A stretch of DNA of 32,000 bases from Symploca sp. SIO3C6 (GTDB taxonomy: Bacteria; Cyanobacteriota; Cyanobacteriia; Cyanobacteriales; Coleofasciculaceae). The stretch covers positions 101,264 through 133,263 of the forward strand of contig JAAHHJ010000019.1 of assembly GCA_010692425.1 (NCBI GenBank). Reading direction: 5' to 3'. The translations under genes were made by a program, and so were the position numbers. A model generated the notes under the pieces. The model worked only from the letters and a program-made list of their open reading frames with translations. It was not told the origin of the DNA and did no database searches. Position 1 is the stretch's first letter. The number at the start of each line of letters is the position of its first letter. This document shows positions 1-7,717 of this stretch, piece after piece.

Positions 1-423
1 GCTATCAGCACCATTCCAAACCCAATGTCCAAATAAAGGATAAATTAGACCAGAGATTAAAGCGGCAATAATTAAGTAAGCTTTAAATCTTAAGCGCTCG
101 GCGACAGCACCAGAGACAATGGTAGTGGCAGTACCGCAAAACATTGCCTGGAATAAAAAGAAGGCAACTAATTTGGGTGGAGAAGACTCAAAGTTTAACA
201 AGAAGCCTGTAGAGCCAATTAATCCCCACTGAGAGGCTCCAAACATGGCAGCATAACCGCAGATCCAAAACAAACATGCTGAGACACCAAGATCCGCTAA
301 GTTTTTGACGGCAACATTAATACTATTTTTAGACCTTGTTAGCCCTGACTCCAAACACATAAATCCTGGTTGCATGAGGAAAACCAAGACAGAACAAATT
401 AGGAGCCAGAGAATATCAATCAT
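1..423 (-). CDS. amt: Ammonium transporter (Amt/MEP family), N-terminal part; the gene runs off the window at position 1
   Basis: Own translation of the minus strand from ATG at 423-421: MIDILWLLICSVLVFLMQPGFMCLESGLTRSKNSINVAVKNLADLGV...TIVSGAVAERLRFKAYLIIAALISGLIYPLFGHWVWNG. These are typical Amt motifs. It is absent from the ORF track because there is no stop inside the window. Confidence 0.85.
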   Translation of the reverse strand, partial: MIDILWLLICSVLVFLMQPGFMCLESGLTRSKNSINVAVKNLADLGVSACLFWICGYAAMFGASQWGLIGSTGFLLNFESSPPKLVAFFLFQAMFCGTATTIVSGAVAERLRFKAYLIIAALISGLIYPLFGHWVWNGADS

Positions 424-595
424 TAGTATCTCCTGATACAGAATATATTGTTCAACCGAAGTGCTTCTCGGTAGAGTGTTCTTTCCTTCGGTGAGTTGAA
501 TGAATACACTATAGGTTTATACTCTCCTTCCTACAGATCTTGACAAAGCTGCTAATTCTGTTTACCTGTGGTTTTGTTGCAAATCAGGAAGCCTT

Positions 596-623
596 GTTCA
601 TGGTTCATAGTTCATGGTTCACG
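596..623. repeat. STRR-like heptamer tandem repeat, GTTCATG x4 (reverse complement of the CATGAAC family)
   Basis: Direct reading gives gttcatg gttcata gttcatg gttcacg. It lies in the intergenic gap between the kinase-cyclase gene and amt. Confidence 0.9.
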
Positions 624-673
624 GTGAAGCCAATCAAAAATTAACTATCAACGAAAATTAGTCTTACCTCGAC

Positions 674-3600
674 TTATTTCCCTAAGCGCTGCGATTGAGC
701 TGTCATAGAGCGTGATTTATAGATTTGAGCAACAGTATCCTTGGGATTACAGTATAGACAATCTGCAAACCGTTCGCTTGCTTCCCTAAAAGCCTTCCTA
801 TGGTAGAGAAATAAACCTTCTTCAAAAATATGCTTAGTGGCTAATTTACCCTGTTTAATTTCTGGCTCGTCTGCGTCAAATAATTCAAAAACAGCCACAG
901 CTTTTGACTTACCCTTAACTTTAACTTTATCGATGAAGCGAATACTATACTCAGTAGGGTCTTGTAAGTAAGCTAAAGTTTGATGAGAGATTAACAGTGA
1001 CACCCCATAGTCTTTGGTGAGTTTTTCCAAACGAGCAGCTAAATTAACATCATCACTAATTACAGTGCTATCCATGCGGCTTTTTCCACCCACTGTACCC
1101 AGCATCAAATAACCTGTATTAATACCAATGCCAATCTTAATTGGGACATAGTTAGAATTAGCACGGTGTTGATTGTATATAGTTAGCCTCTGTAGCATAG
1201 AAATTCCGGCTTTGACAGCATTATCTGCATTGCCGCTAAACAGTGCCATAATTCCATCGCCAACGTATTTATCAATAAAACCTTGATTTTCGATAATTGC
1301 TGGCTCCATACGAGAGAGATAGGCATTAATGAATTTGAAATTATCCTCTGGGGTTAAACTTTCCGAGAGAGTAGTGAAAGAGCGAATATCGGAAAATAGA
1401 ATAGACATCTGACGTTGCACATTATCCCCTAGCTCCACATCAATGATGCTCGACTTATTCAACAACTGGAGAAATTGACGCGGCACAAATCGACTATAAG
1501 AAGTGTTGAGTTTAGACAATTGCAGATGAGTGTGGAGTCTAGCTAGTAGTTCGTTCTTGGAAATTGGCTTAGCCAGATAATCGTTAGCACCAACGCTTAA
1601 TCCTGTTACTATGTCATGAACTTGATTTTTAGCTGTTAGCATTACTATCGGCAGTTCATTAGCCGGAAAGTTTTCGCGGAGCTGGCGACAAACTTCATAG
1701 CCAGTCATTCTCGGCATCATTACATCAAGTAAAATCAGGTCTGGTTGGAAACCCTTATCAATCATTGCCAATGCCTCGATCCCATTTGAGGCTTGAGTAA
1801 TAGCATAGTTTTCTAAAGAAAGATGATTTACCAATACCTGAAGATTAATAGGTTCATCATCTACAATCAGGATCCTAAACTGCTTGTTTTTGTCTTGGTC
1901 AAGTTCAGGTTTTTGCTCAGTTGTCAATGGCACTTGCTCATTAACTTCCGATTTCAAAGGCAGAAGGCAGCTAGCAGGGAACTGACTATTGATAACTGAT
2001 GAGGAACCATTCGCCACTGGCAGTGTGAAGATAAAGCGCGAACCCTTTCCCACTTGCGAGTTTACCCACACCTTTCCCCCATGCAACTCCACCAACTGTT
2101 TAGTGACTGTTAAACCTAAACCAGTGCCACCGTGCTCACGTGCCATAGAACCATCAGCTTGGGCAAAAGATTCAAAGATGTGTTCAAATTGCTCTTCCCT
2201 AATGCCAATGCCAGTATCAGAAACAGCAATTACCAAGTGAGGGGATTGGGGATCGGGGGAATCTTCCCAGTACTCATTCACCAACTCGGCTGTAATTTCT
2301 ACGGTACCGCTATCTGTGAACTTAATCGCATTGCCCACTAGGTTGTGCATAATTTGTTGCAAGCGATTTTCATCAGCCTTGGCTAGAGGCAAATTAGGGG
2401 GAATGGCGTTAATTAACTGTAAATCTTTATTGCCCACTAGCGGTTGGCTCAGGGTAAGAACAATCTCGGCAATTTCCCTTACTCCTACCTGTCTGAGTTT
2501 GAGCTCAAGACTCTTGTGCTTCAATTTGGAGAAATCAAGCAGGTCACTCACCAAACTATTGAGCCGATGCCCGCTATTGGCAATCATTAACAGATTTTTC
2601 TGCTGAAGTGCTGTGATTGCTCCTGCAGCTCCGTCAATGAGAGACTCAGCAATACCAATCATACCATTGAGGGGCGTCCGCAGTTCATGGGAGGTATTGG
2701 CTAAAAATTCATCTTTGAGTTTATCTAGACGCTGCAAGTCGGCATTAGCCTGTTTGAGTTCCTCCTCACGCCTTCGTAACCTGATTGTTGCTCTTTCCAC
2801 TGCTGCTTGCAGTCGTGCCGGAGCACTTACTAGAATGAACATCAAGCCCCCCGCTAAGATTGCTAGCAACCCTCCTCCCATCCACAAGGCTCCAGAAATA
2901 GGGGCAGTTTTGGGCCAGCCTTGGGCAGGGACTGCTGCTAACTGCCAGGAGCCATTGGGCAGACTTACTTCTAAAGTCACTGGCTCTCGCTCGAAAATGT
3001 CGGCATCTCCCAAGAAAACTTCTCCAGCAGCACCCAATCCATCCTTGCCTCGAACAGTGTACTGAAGTTGAGTTGAGATATTGAGCAATCCTGCTTCTGC
3101 AAATAGGGTATCTTGATCAATAATGATGCCCACTAAACCCCAGTAATCTCCACTTTCAGGAATACCATCGGCAGGGGTTAGAAAAATCGGGGTGCGACTG
3201 ATGAAAACTACGCCTTCTGGGACTAATTCGATTGGTCCTGCAAAGACGGTGCTTCTGTTTTTAATTGCTCTCTTAATCGCTTCCCGTTCTGCGGGGATTG
3301 ACATTGGGTTAAAGTTGATTGTACCTTCTTTCCCTGCTAAGGGGTAGATATGAGAGACGATTGTGTCCTTATAGAGGGCCAAACTACGGATGCCTGATTG
3401 CTGCGCCACAATTACTCTAGCTAGGCTTTCAAACTTCTTTTGGTTAATGTAAGGATCAATAGTCGAGATATATGCTTCCAAACCGCGCGTGAGATATATT
3501 CTTTGGTTGACTACCTGTTCAAGACGAGCTCTGACGGCACTCAATTGGTTGATAACATTGACGCGATTTTCTTCAAGAAAACGTTTTCTTTCTGAACGGT

Positions 3601-3736
3601 CTAGTACCCAGACAATAGCCAAAACCATTGCTACTGTTAAGGTAGCGGCGATATATGGGCGCGGGGCTCTAGCTATTGTACTGATAAATTTTCCAGAAAG
3701 TCTGGAAAATATTTGGTTTAAGGATTTAATTGGCAT
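674..3736 (-). CDS. Hybrid sensor: TM-CHASE-TM, HisKA/HATPase histidine kinase, receiver domain, class III adenylate/guanylate cyclase
   Basis: 1020-aa ORF. The N-terminal TM segment and CHASE-like periplasmic region read [32 protein letters not shown]...[10 protein letters not shown]. The H-box is [18 protein letters not shown]. The ATPase G-boxes are DTGIGI and GGTGLGL. The receiver reads [11 protein letters not shown]...[14 protein letters not shown]...MLTAK. The cyclase reads [14 protein letters not shown]...[11 protein letters not shown]...GINTG...[10 protein letters not shown]. Confidence 0.9.
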   Translation of the reverse strand: MPIKSLNQIFSRLSGKFISTIARAPRPYIAATLTVAMVLAIVWVLDRSERKRFLEENRVNVINQLSAVRARLEQVVNQRIYLTRGLEAYISTIDPYINQKKFESLARVIVAQQSGIRSLALYKDTIVSHIYPLAGKEGTINFNPMSIPAEREAIKRAIKNRSTVFAGPIELVPEGVVFISRTPIFLTPADGIPESGDYWGLVGIIIDQDTLFAEAGLLNISTQLQYTVRGKDGLGAAGEVFLGDADIFEREPVTLEVSLPNGSWQLAAVPAQGWPKTAPISGALWMGGGLLAILAGGLMFILVSAPARLQAAVERATIRLRRREEELKQANADLQRLDKLKDEFLANTSHELRTPLNGMIGIAESLIDGAAGAITALQQKNLLMIANSGHRLNSLVSDLLDFSKLKHKSLELKLRQVGVREIAEIVLTLSQPLVGNKDLQLINAIPPNLPLAKADENRLQQIMHNLVGNAIKFTDSGTVEITAELVNEYWEDSPDPQSPHLVIAVSDTGIGIREEQFEHIFESFAQADGSMAREHGGTGLGLTVTKQLVELHGGKVWVNSQVGKGSRFIFTLPVANGSSSVINSQFPASCLLPLKSEVNEQVPLTTEQKPELDQDKNKQFRILIVDDEPINLQVLVNHLSLENYAITQASNGIEALAMIDKGFQPDLILLDVMMPRMTGYEVCRQLRENFPANELPIVMLTAKNQVHDIVTGLSVGANDYLAKPISKNELLARLHTHLQLSKLNTSYSRFVPRQFLQLLNKSSIIDVELGDNVQRQMSILFSDIRSFTTLSESLTPEDNFKFINAYLSRMEPAIIENQGFIDKYVGDGIMALFSGNADNAVKAGISMLQRLTIYNQHRANSNYVPIKIGIGINTGYLMLGTVGGKSRMDSTVISDDVNLAARLEKLTKDYGVSLLISHQTLAYLQDPTEYSIRFIDKVKVKGKSKAVAVFELFDADEPEIKQGKLATKHIFEEGLFLYHRKAFREASERFADCLYCNPKDTVAQIYKSRSMTAQSQRLGK

Positions 3737-3804
3737 TGGAATCCCAAGAAAGTGCGCTCCTAAGAAGCAATTGCCCTCTGTTAGCCAATTTATCTAACTA
3801 ATTA

Positions 3805-3878
3805 GGGCAACAGTACCTAGCCCTCCAAAGGGGTGAGGATTTCAAGCTCCCTCTTGGTACTCTACACAGTTGTTGCCC
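3805..3878. repeat. Imperfect palindromic element (small MITE/REP-like hairpin)
   Basis: GGGCAACA (3805-3812) pairs with TGTTGCCC (3871-3878), and GTACC (3813-3817) pairs with GGTAC (3856-3860). It lies between two minus-strand genes. Confidence 0.4.
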
Positions 3879-4081
3879 ATAATTCAGTCTATTTCTTAGG
3901 AACGTTCAATTTTGGTAAGCTATTCCACATTTAACTTGTAACTTGCCTATTTTGAACGGGCAGATGACGGTAGATAACGGGCGAGACGCCCATCCCACAG
4001 CCATGTCACAAGAAACTGATAATTTTTTATGTAAATTAAATGGGTTTTAGCTGAGCACGCTCTCCTTCAGGAGAGGGAGTG

Positions 4082-4837
4082 TCAATACCGTTGACATACT
4101 AAGAGTGTTCCTTTTTCCCCACGAGTTATCCGCATTTCTTCATCCAGATAGAGAATTTCTAAACTGCCTTTGGGTGATCTGTTCATGGTAAAAGAAACTT
4201 CTCCAGTATCTGGATTCATTGCTTGCGGTGGCACTAAACCGAACATTAGTCGGAAGAAACCGGAGATGAACCTTTCTTGCCAGCTTTTCTGTGAAGACTG
4301 GCGCTGCTTGCCAAAAACCTCTTGCCAATCTTTGATGTTTGTTCCCTCTTGGGGGGCTAGAGTTCCACCTGTAAATTTTACTTGCAATTTTGTATCACTA
4401 ATAGGATGACAGACTCCTTGATTGTGGACAATTCCAGTTAACTTGGGAAAAGACTCATCAATTGTAGTAAATTCCACAACAATATCGTGACTTCGTTGCT
4501 GTTTATTTTCCAGCAAGCGGACAGGTTGTAGAACTCTGTCAATAACCAATTTTAGTTGTGTGGGTTGAAACATATTAAAAGCCAGACGACCGAGGGTATA
4601 GGTAAATTTGCCATCTGGAAGTTGCTTCCCTCCTGGAAAATTCGGCGCGTTAATCAACAACCATTCACTATCGAGTAGTGTTTCACTACGTGCTGGTGCT
4701 GTGGTTGGATTCAGTTGGGTCAGATTATCAATAGCAGCAATTACGGCTTCGTCCTTGGTATTCCCACCGTTAGCAGCAAGTGCCTGACGCAAAGCTGTTT
4801 TCGCCGTTTCACATTTTCCTGTATCTAGTACTGTCAT
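4082..4837 (-). CDS. PAP/fibrillin (plastid lipid-associated protein) family protein
   Basis: 251-aa ORF. The N-terminal pattern K..L...I.....G......I..AID.L..LNPT..P....LLDSEW.L is typical of cyanobacterial fibrillins. Confidence 0.6.
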   Translation of the reverse strand: MTVLDTGKCETAKTALRQALAANGGNTKDEAVIAAIDNLTQLNPTTAPARSETLLDSEWLLINAPNFPGGKQLPDGKFTYTLGRLAFNMFQPTQLKLVIDRVLQPVRLLENKQQRSHDIVVEFTTIDESFPKLTGIVHNQGVCHPISDTKLQVKFTGGTLAPQEGTNIKDWQEVFGKQRQSSQKSWQERFISGFFRLMFGLVPPQAMNPDTGEVSFTMNRSPKGSLEILYLDEEMRITRGEKGTLLVCQRY

Positions 4838-5000
4838 GTTATTAAAATGCTTTTTTCAACAAATATCTCTATTGAAATTGTAGTGTGATTGCTTCTATCT
4901 GTGAGGTCAATAAGCTGTTGTGCATTTTTAATACTCAACAGCAAGGCAGTCCCAATGAAAAATTTTTTTTCATCAATCAAGCATTAAAGAGGGTTATTTA

Positions 5001-5026
5001 CCCTACACCCCACACCCTACACCCTC
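5001..5026. repeat. Heptamer tandem repeat CCCTACA/CCCCACA (G-rich GGGTGTA on the minus strand)
   Basis: Direct reading gives ccctaca ccccaca ccctaca ccctc. It belongs to the same family as 30541-30573, in the opposite orientation. Confidence 0.9.
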
Positions 5027-5099
5027 TTTCAAGTCAGGAGGCAGGAGAATCCAAGGCAGAAGGAACAAGAGTTTGGACTATTAACTAATATCAAATGAA

Positions 5100-5331
5100 T
5101 ATATAGTTTAAAGTTGATTTTGGCGACTCCAAGCTCTTAACTGATAAGTTAATTCAGCATTGTGATCGCTAGTTTCGCTTCCTGTAGGAGGCATAAAATA
5201 ATTAACTTACCAGTAACTGTACGCTCAAATCTCAAGTCAAGATTATCTTGGTAAAGCTGAAAAAGTGGCTCGTCATTTAGGTCAATATTTAGTTCGAGGG
5301 TAGCAGGTAAACTGACGGTGTTAATAATCAT
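5100..5331 (-). pseudogene. Uma2-family (DUF820) endonuclease remnant, frameshifted and truncated
   Basis: The track ORF reads ...FQLYQDNLDLRFERTVTGKLIIL and then diverges. Shifting one nucleotide at att-att-t-atg restores MPPTGSETSDHNAELTYQLRAWSRQNQL, the canonical Uma2 continuation. The reading frame then stops about 70 aa into a family that is normally about 190 aa. Confidence 0.65.
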
Positions 5332-5420
5332 TATAAACTATAGCAGTCAGTAGTTAACTGCTGCCTTTATGTTATGATAATTATGCGATCTAAGCTTCCC
5401 CAAAGCAGGCAAATAGCGTT

Positions 5421-6854
5421 GTGCAATTAGAAAATTCTCCCCTTTCAGTAACATCCTCAACCAGAGCAACAAAAGAACTTCCTGCTGGTGGGCTAGACCC
5501 AGAACGCTTTGATTGGCAAGAAGTTTGGTATCCTGTCTATTACATTGAAGATTTAGACAAGTCCCAATTAACTCGCTTCACTTTACTAGGACGAGACCTG
5601 GTTCTGTGGTGGGACAAAAATCAACAGCAATGGCGAGCATTTGTAGACCAATGCCCACACCGTTTGGCAACCCTTTCAGAAGGTAGAATTAATGAGCAAG
5701 GATGGCTAGAATGTCCTTATCATGGCTGGTCTTTTTCTGGAGCTGGCAAGTGTGAGCAGATTCCGCAGCAAGTAGAAGGAGCCAAGGCAGAAACTTCTCA
5801 ACGGGCATGCGCAACTTCGTTGCCCACAACAGTGCGTCAAGGACTGTTATTCGTCTATCCTGGTCAAGTAGAGAATGCTTTCGAGACGAAAGTCCCAATT
5901 GTCGAACCCCTTGAACAAGAACCCGAAGGCTGGGTTTATCTCAATACTTTTCGGGATCTACCCTATGATGCCCTAACTCTGATCGAAAATGTCCTCGACT
6001 CCAGCCACATTCCTTACACCCATCACCGCAGCGTCGGCAATCGGGCTAATGTCTCTCCTGTAGAATTAGAGATTGTAGAATCAGGTAAGTGGGGATTTAC
6101 AGGGACTTGGGCTCAAGGACCGAGGAAAGGAACTCTAGGCAGGCAGGATACTACTTTCATTGCTCCTGGGCTAATGTGGCATGATCTTACTTCCAAGCAG
6201 TTTGGTAGGACTCTAACTGTTGTTTACGCAACTCCCATTCGTAAGGGCGAATGTCGGCTCTTTGCTCGCTTTCCCTTCCGCTTCTCTTCAAAATTACCGG
6301 GGCTATTTATCAAACTGACTCCGCGCTGGTACTCACACTTAGGACAAAATAGTGTACTCGAAGACGATCAGATTTTTCTACATTACCAACAACGTTATCT
6401 TGAAGCATTAGGGGGCAGCCCTAACTTTACCAAAGCCTTTTATTTACCAACTAAAGCCGATCTTTACGTCTTCGGGTTGCATTCTTGGATCAACCAATAT
6501 CATGCTGAACCTTTTCCAGGAGAGACTCTGCCAAAACCACTACCTAAGGAAGTCTTACTTGAGAGGTACCACTCCCACACAGAAAAATGCGCTAGTTGTC
6601 GTGGTGCCTTGGCTAATTTGCAAAGGTTGAGGATGGGAGTAGCTTTGGTGACAGCACTAGTTTGGGGACTACTTCCCTTGCTGATGTTAATTCAGGATCA
6701 GGTTTCGATTATAACCGTTACTATCTCGACCTTGTCTGTTTTGGTGGGCGGATTTGTTTGGTTGGGCTTGGGAAATTTGGAGCGACAGTTTTACCAAGGC
6801 AGGGAAACCCCGCCCCGAAATTTGCCGGAGAAAAAGCGCAAGCATCTTTTATAG
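5421..6854 (+). CDS. Rieske [2Fe-2S] oxygenase of the PaO/Tic55/Ptc52-like family
   Basis: 477-aa ORF with a GTG start. The Rieske motif is CPHRLATLSEG...CPYHGWSF. A mononuclear iron region reads NVLDSSHIPYTHH. A C-terminal CxxC (CASCRG) is followed by hydrophobic helices, as in PaO-type proteins. Confidence 0.8.
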   Translation: MQLENSPLSVTSSTRATKELPAGGLDPERFDWQEVWYPVYYIEDLDKSQLTRFTLLGRDLVLWWDKNQQQWRAFVDQCPHRLATLSEGRINEQGWLECPYHGWSFSGAGKCEQIPQQVEGAKAETSQRACATSLPTTVRQGLLFVYPGQVENAFETKVPIVEPLEQEPEGWVYLNTFRDLPYDALTLIENVLDSSHIPYTHHRSVGNRANVSPVELEIVESGKWGFTGTWAQGPRKGTLGRQDTTFIAPGLMWHDLTSKQFGRTLTVVYATPIRKGECRLFARFPFRFSSKLPGLFIKLTPRWYSHLGQNSVLEDDQIFLHYQQRYLEALGGSPNFTKAFYLPTKADLYVFGLHSWINQYHAEPFPGETLPKPLPKEVLLERYHSHTEKCASCRGALANLQRLRMGVALVTALVWGLLPLLMLIQDQVSIITVTISTLSVLVGGFVWLGLGNLERQFYQGRETPPRNLPEKKRKHLL

Positions 6855-6865
6855 TAGTTTTCATA

Positions 6866-6889
6866 CGGAGACACGGAGACGCGGAGAAA
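6866..6889. repeat. Octamer tandem repeat CGGAGACR x3
   Basis: Direct reading gives cggagaca cggagacg cggagaaa, just downstream of the Rieske oxygenase stop codon. Confidence 0.85.
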
Positions 6890-7018
6890 TTATTCTTCTA
6901 GGCTGACTTGTATTCGAGAGCTAAGAGGCGTTGTACTTCGTCAAGCGTGAAAACTACTCTAAGTTAGATGGGTATTTAAATTCCAACCAAATTAAAGCAA
7001 CGTATAGACGATTAGTTA

Positions 7019-7078
7019 ACCTCTCCTCACGTTAAAACGATGAGAATTCAAGCAGTTGTTACGAAGCCCATTAAATTG
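7019..7078 (-). mobile_element. Orphan fragment homologous to the right end (putative omega-RNA 3' region) of the tnpB element at 13187-13245
   Basis: The minus strand of 7019-7053 reads gcttgaattctcatcgttttaacgtgaggagaggt. Positions 13211-13245 read gcttgaatcctcgtcgttttaacgccaggagaggt. That is 31 of 35 identical by my hand alignment. Weaker similarity continues for about 24 nt further upstream. No tnpB coding sequence is attached. Confidence 0.55.
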
Positions 7079-7100
7079 ATAATAGTTATGAGTTTAGATT

Positions 7101-7160
7101 GCTCATAGCCATGAACCATGAGCAATGAACTATGAGCAATGAACCATGAACCATGAACTA
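7101..7160. repeat. STRR-like heptamer tandem repeat (CCATGAA family), about 8.5 units
   Basis: Direct reading gives gctcata gccatga accatga gcaatga actatga gcaatga accatga accatga act. Confidence 0.9.
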
Positions 7161-7229
7161 TTTCAAAATGCCATAATAGCGGTGAAACTCCTCAATCACG
7201 ATTAATCGCCACCGCAGAATTAAACTATC

Positions 7230-7637
7230 ATGACACTGGAATTATTCACCGCAGAAAAAATAGCTGAATTGGCATTTGGCGCAGTTATCGAAACTGGCAC
7301 TAGTGAATTAGTTAAAAAGTTGTGGGGGAAAATTCGCAACAAACTTAGGGGTGAACCTGTCGCCGAAGCAGCTTTAGTGGAAATTGAGCAAAATCATTCT
7401 AAGGAGCAGCTAGCGAAGATTGTGCCTTTTCTACAGGTGGAGATGCTTAAAGATCAGCAGTTTGCCCAGGAAATGCAAGCTTTGGCTAATGAAATTAACA
7501 CGGGATCTCAAGAGAATATTACCCAGCAGGATTTTGAAGCTCGTGATAATGCTGGTGTTGTTGGCAAGCAAGTAGGAACAGTTAACAAGGCAGGTGTCAC
7601 TGAAATTGGCTATCAGATTAACCTGGGAAACCAGTAA
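7230..7637 (+). CDS. Small helical protein with a G/N/Q/V-rich C-terminal tail; candidate N-terminal or effector module of the downstream NLR-like protein
   Basis: 135-aa ORF. Residues 1-95 are predicted helical, with an amphipathic start (IAELAFGAVIETGTS). Residues 106-135 read DNAGVVGKQVGTVNKAGVTEIGYQINLGNQ. It ends 4 nt after a slippery heptamer and lies directly upstream of the NB-ARC ORF. Confidence 0.6.
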   Translation: MTLELFTAEKIAELAFGAVIETGTSELVKKLWGKIRNKLRGEPVAEAALVEIEQNHSKEQLAKIVPFLQVEMLKDQQFAQEMQALANEINTGSQENITQQDFEARDNAGVVGKQVGTVNKAGVTEIGYQINLGNQ

Positions 7638-7706
7638 CGGCAACTGAATATACTCAAATCCTAGAGGTTGTTAAAAAACTTGGGCAAGGGAATCCCTCAG
7701 TTGCCG
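7625..7706 (+). promoter_or_regulatory. Candidate programmed -1 ribosomal frameshift cassette: slippery G_GGA_AAC, a 6-nt spacer carrying the 0-frame TAA, then a 10-bp stem
   Basis: Positions 7625-7631 are G GGA AAC in the 0 frame of the 7230 ORF, matching X_XXY_YYZ. The stop TAA is at 7635-7637. CGGCAACTGA (7638-7647) is the exact reverse complement of TCAGTTGCCG (7697-7706). The -1 frame is the NB-ARC ORF frame and is open from 7622. Confidence 0.45.
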
Positions 7707-7717
7707 CTTCCACTAAC

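Noticed and set aside
1989-3797. Plus-strand ORFs of 69-150 aa inside the kinase-cyclase gene (1989, 2132, 2316, 2613, 3489)
   Set aside because: They are antisense shadow ORFs of a well-supported 1020-aa gene. Their products are low-complexity (Ser/Ala/Pro/Cys-rich) with no motifs.
4885-5088. 67-aa plus-strand ORF
   Set aside because: It runs through the CCCTACA heptamer array and an A/T homopolymer tract, has no plausible start context and gives a low-complexity product.
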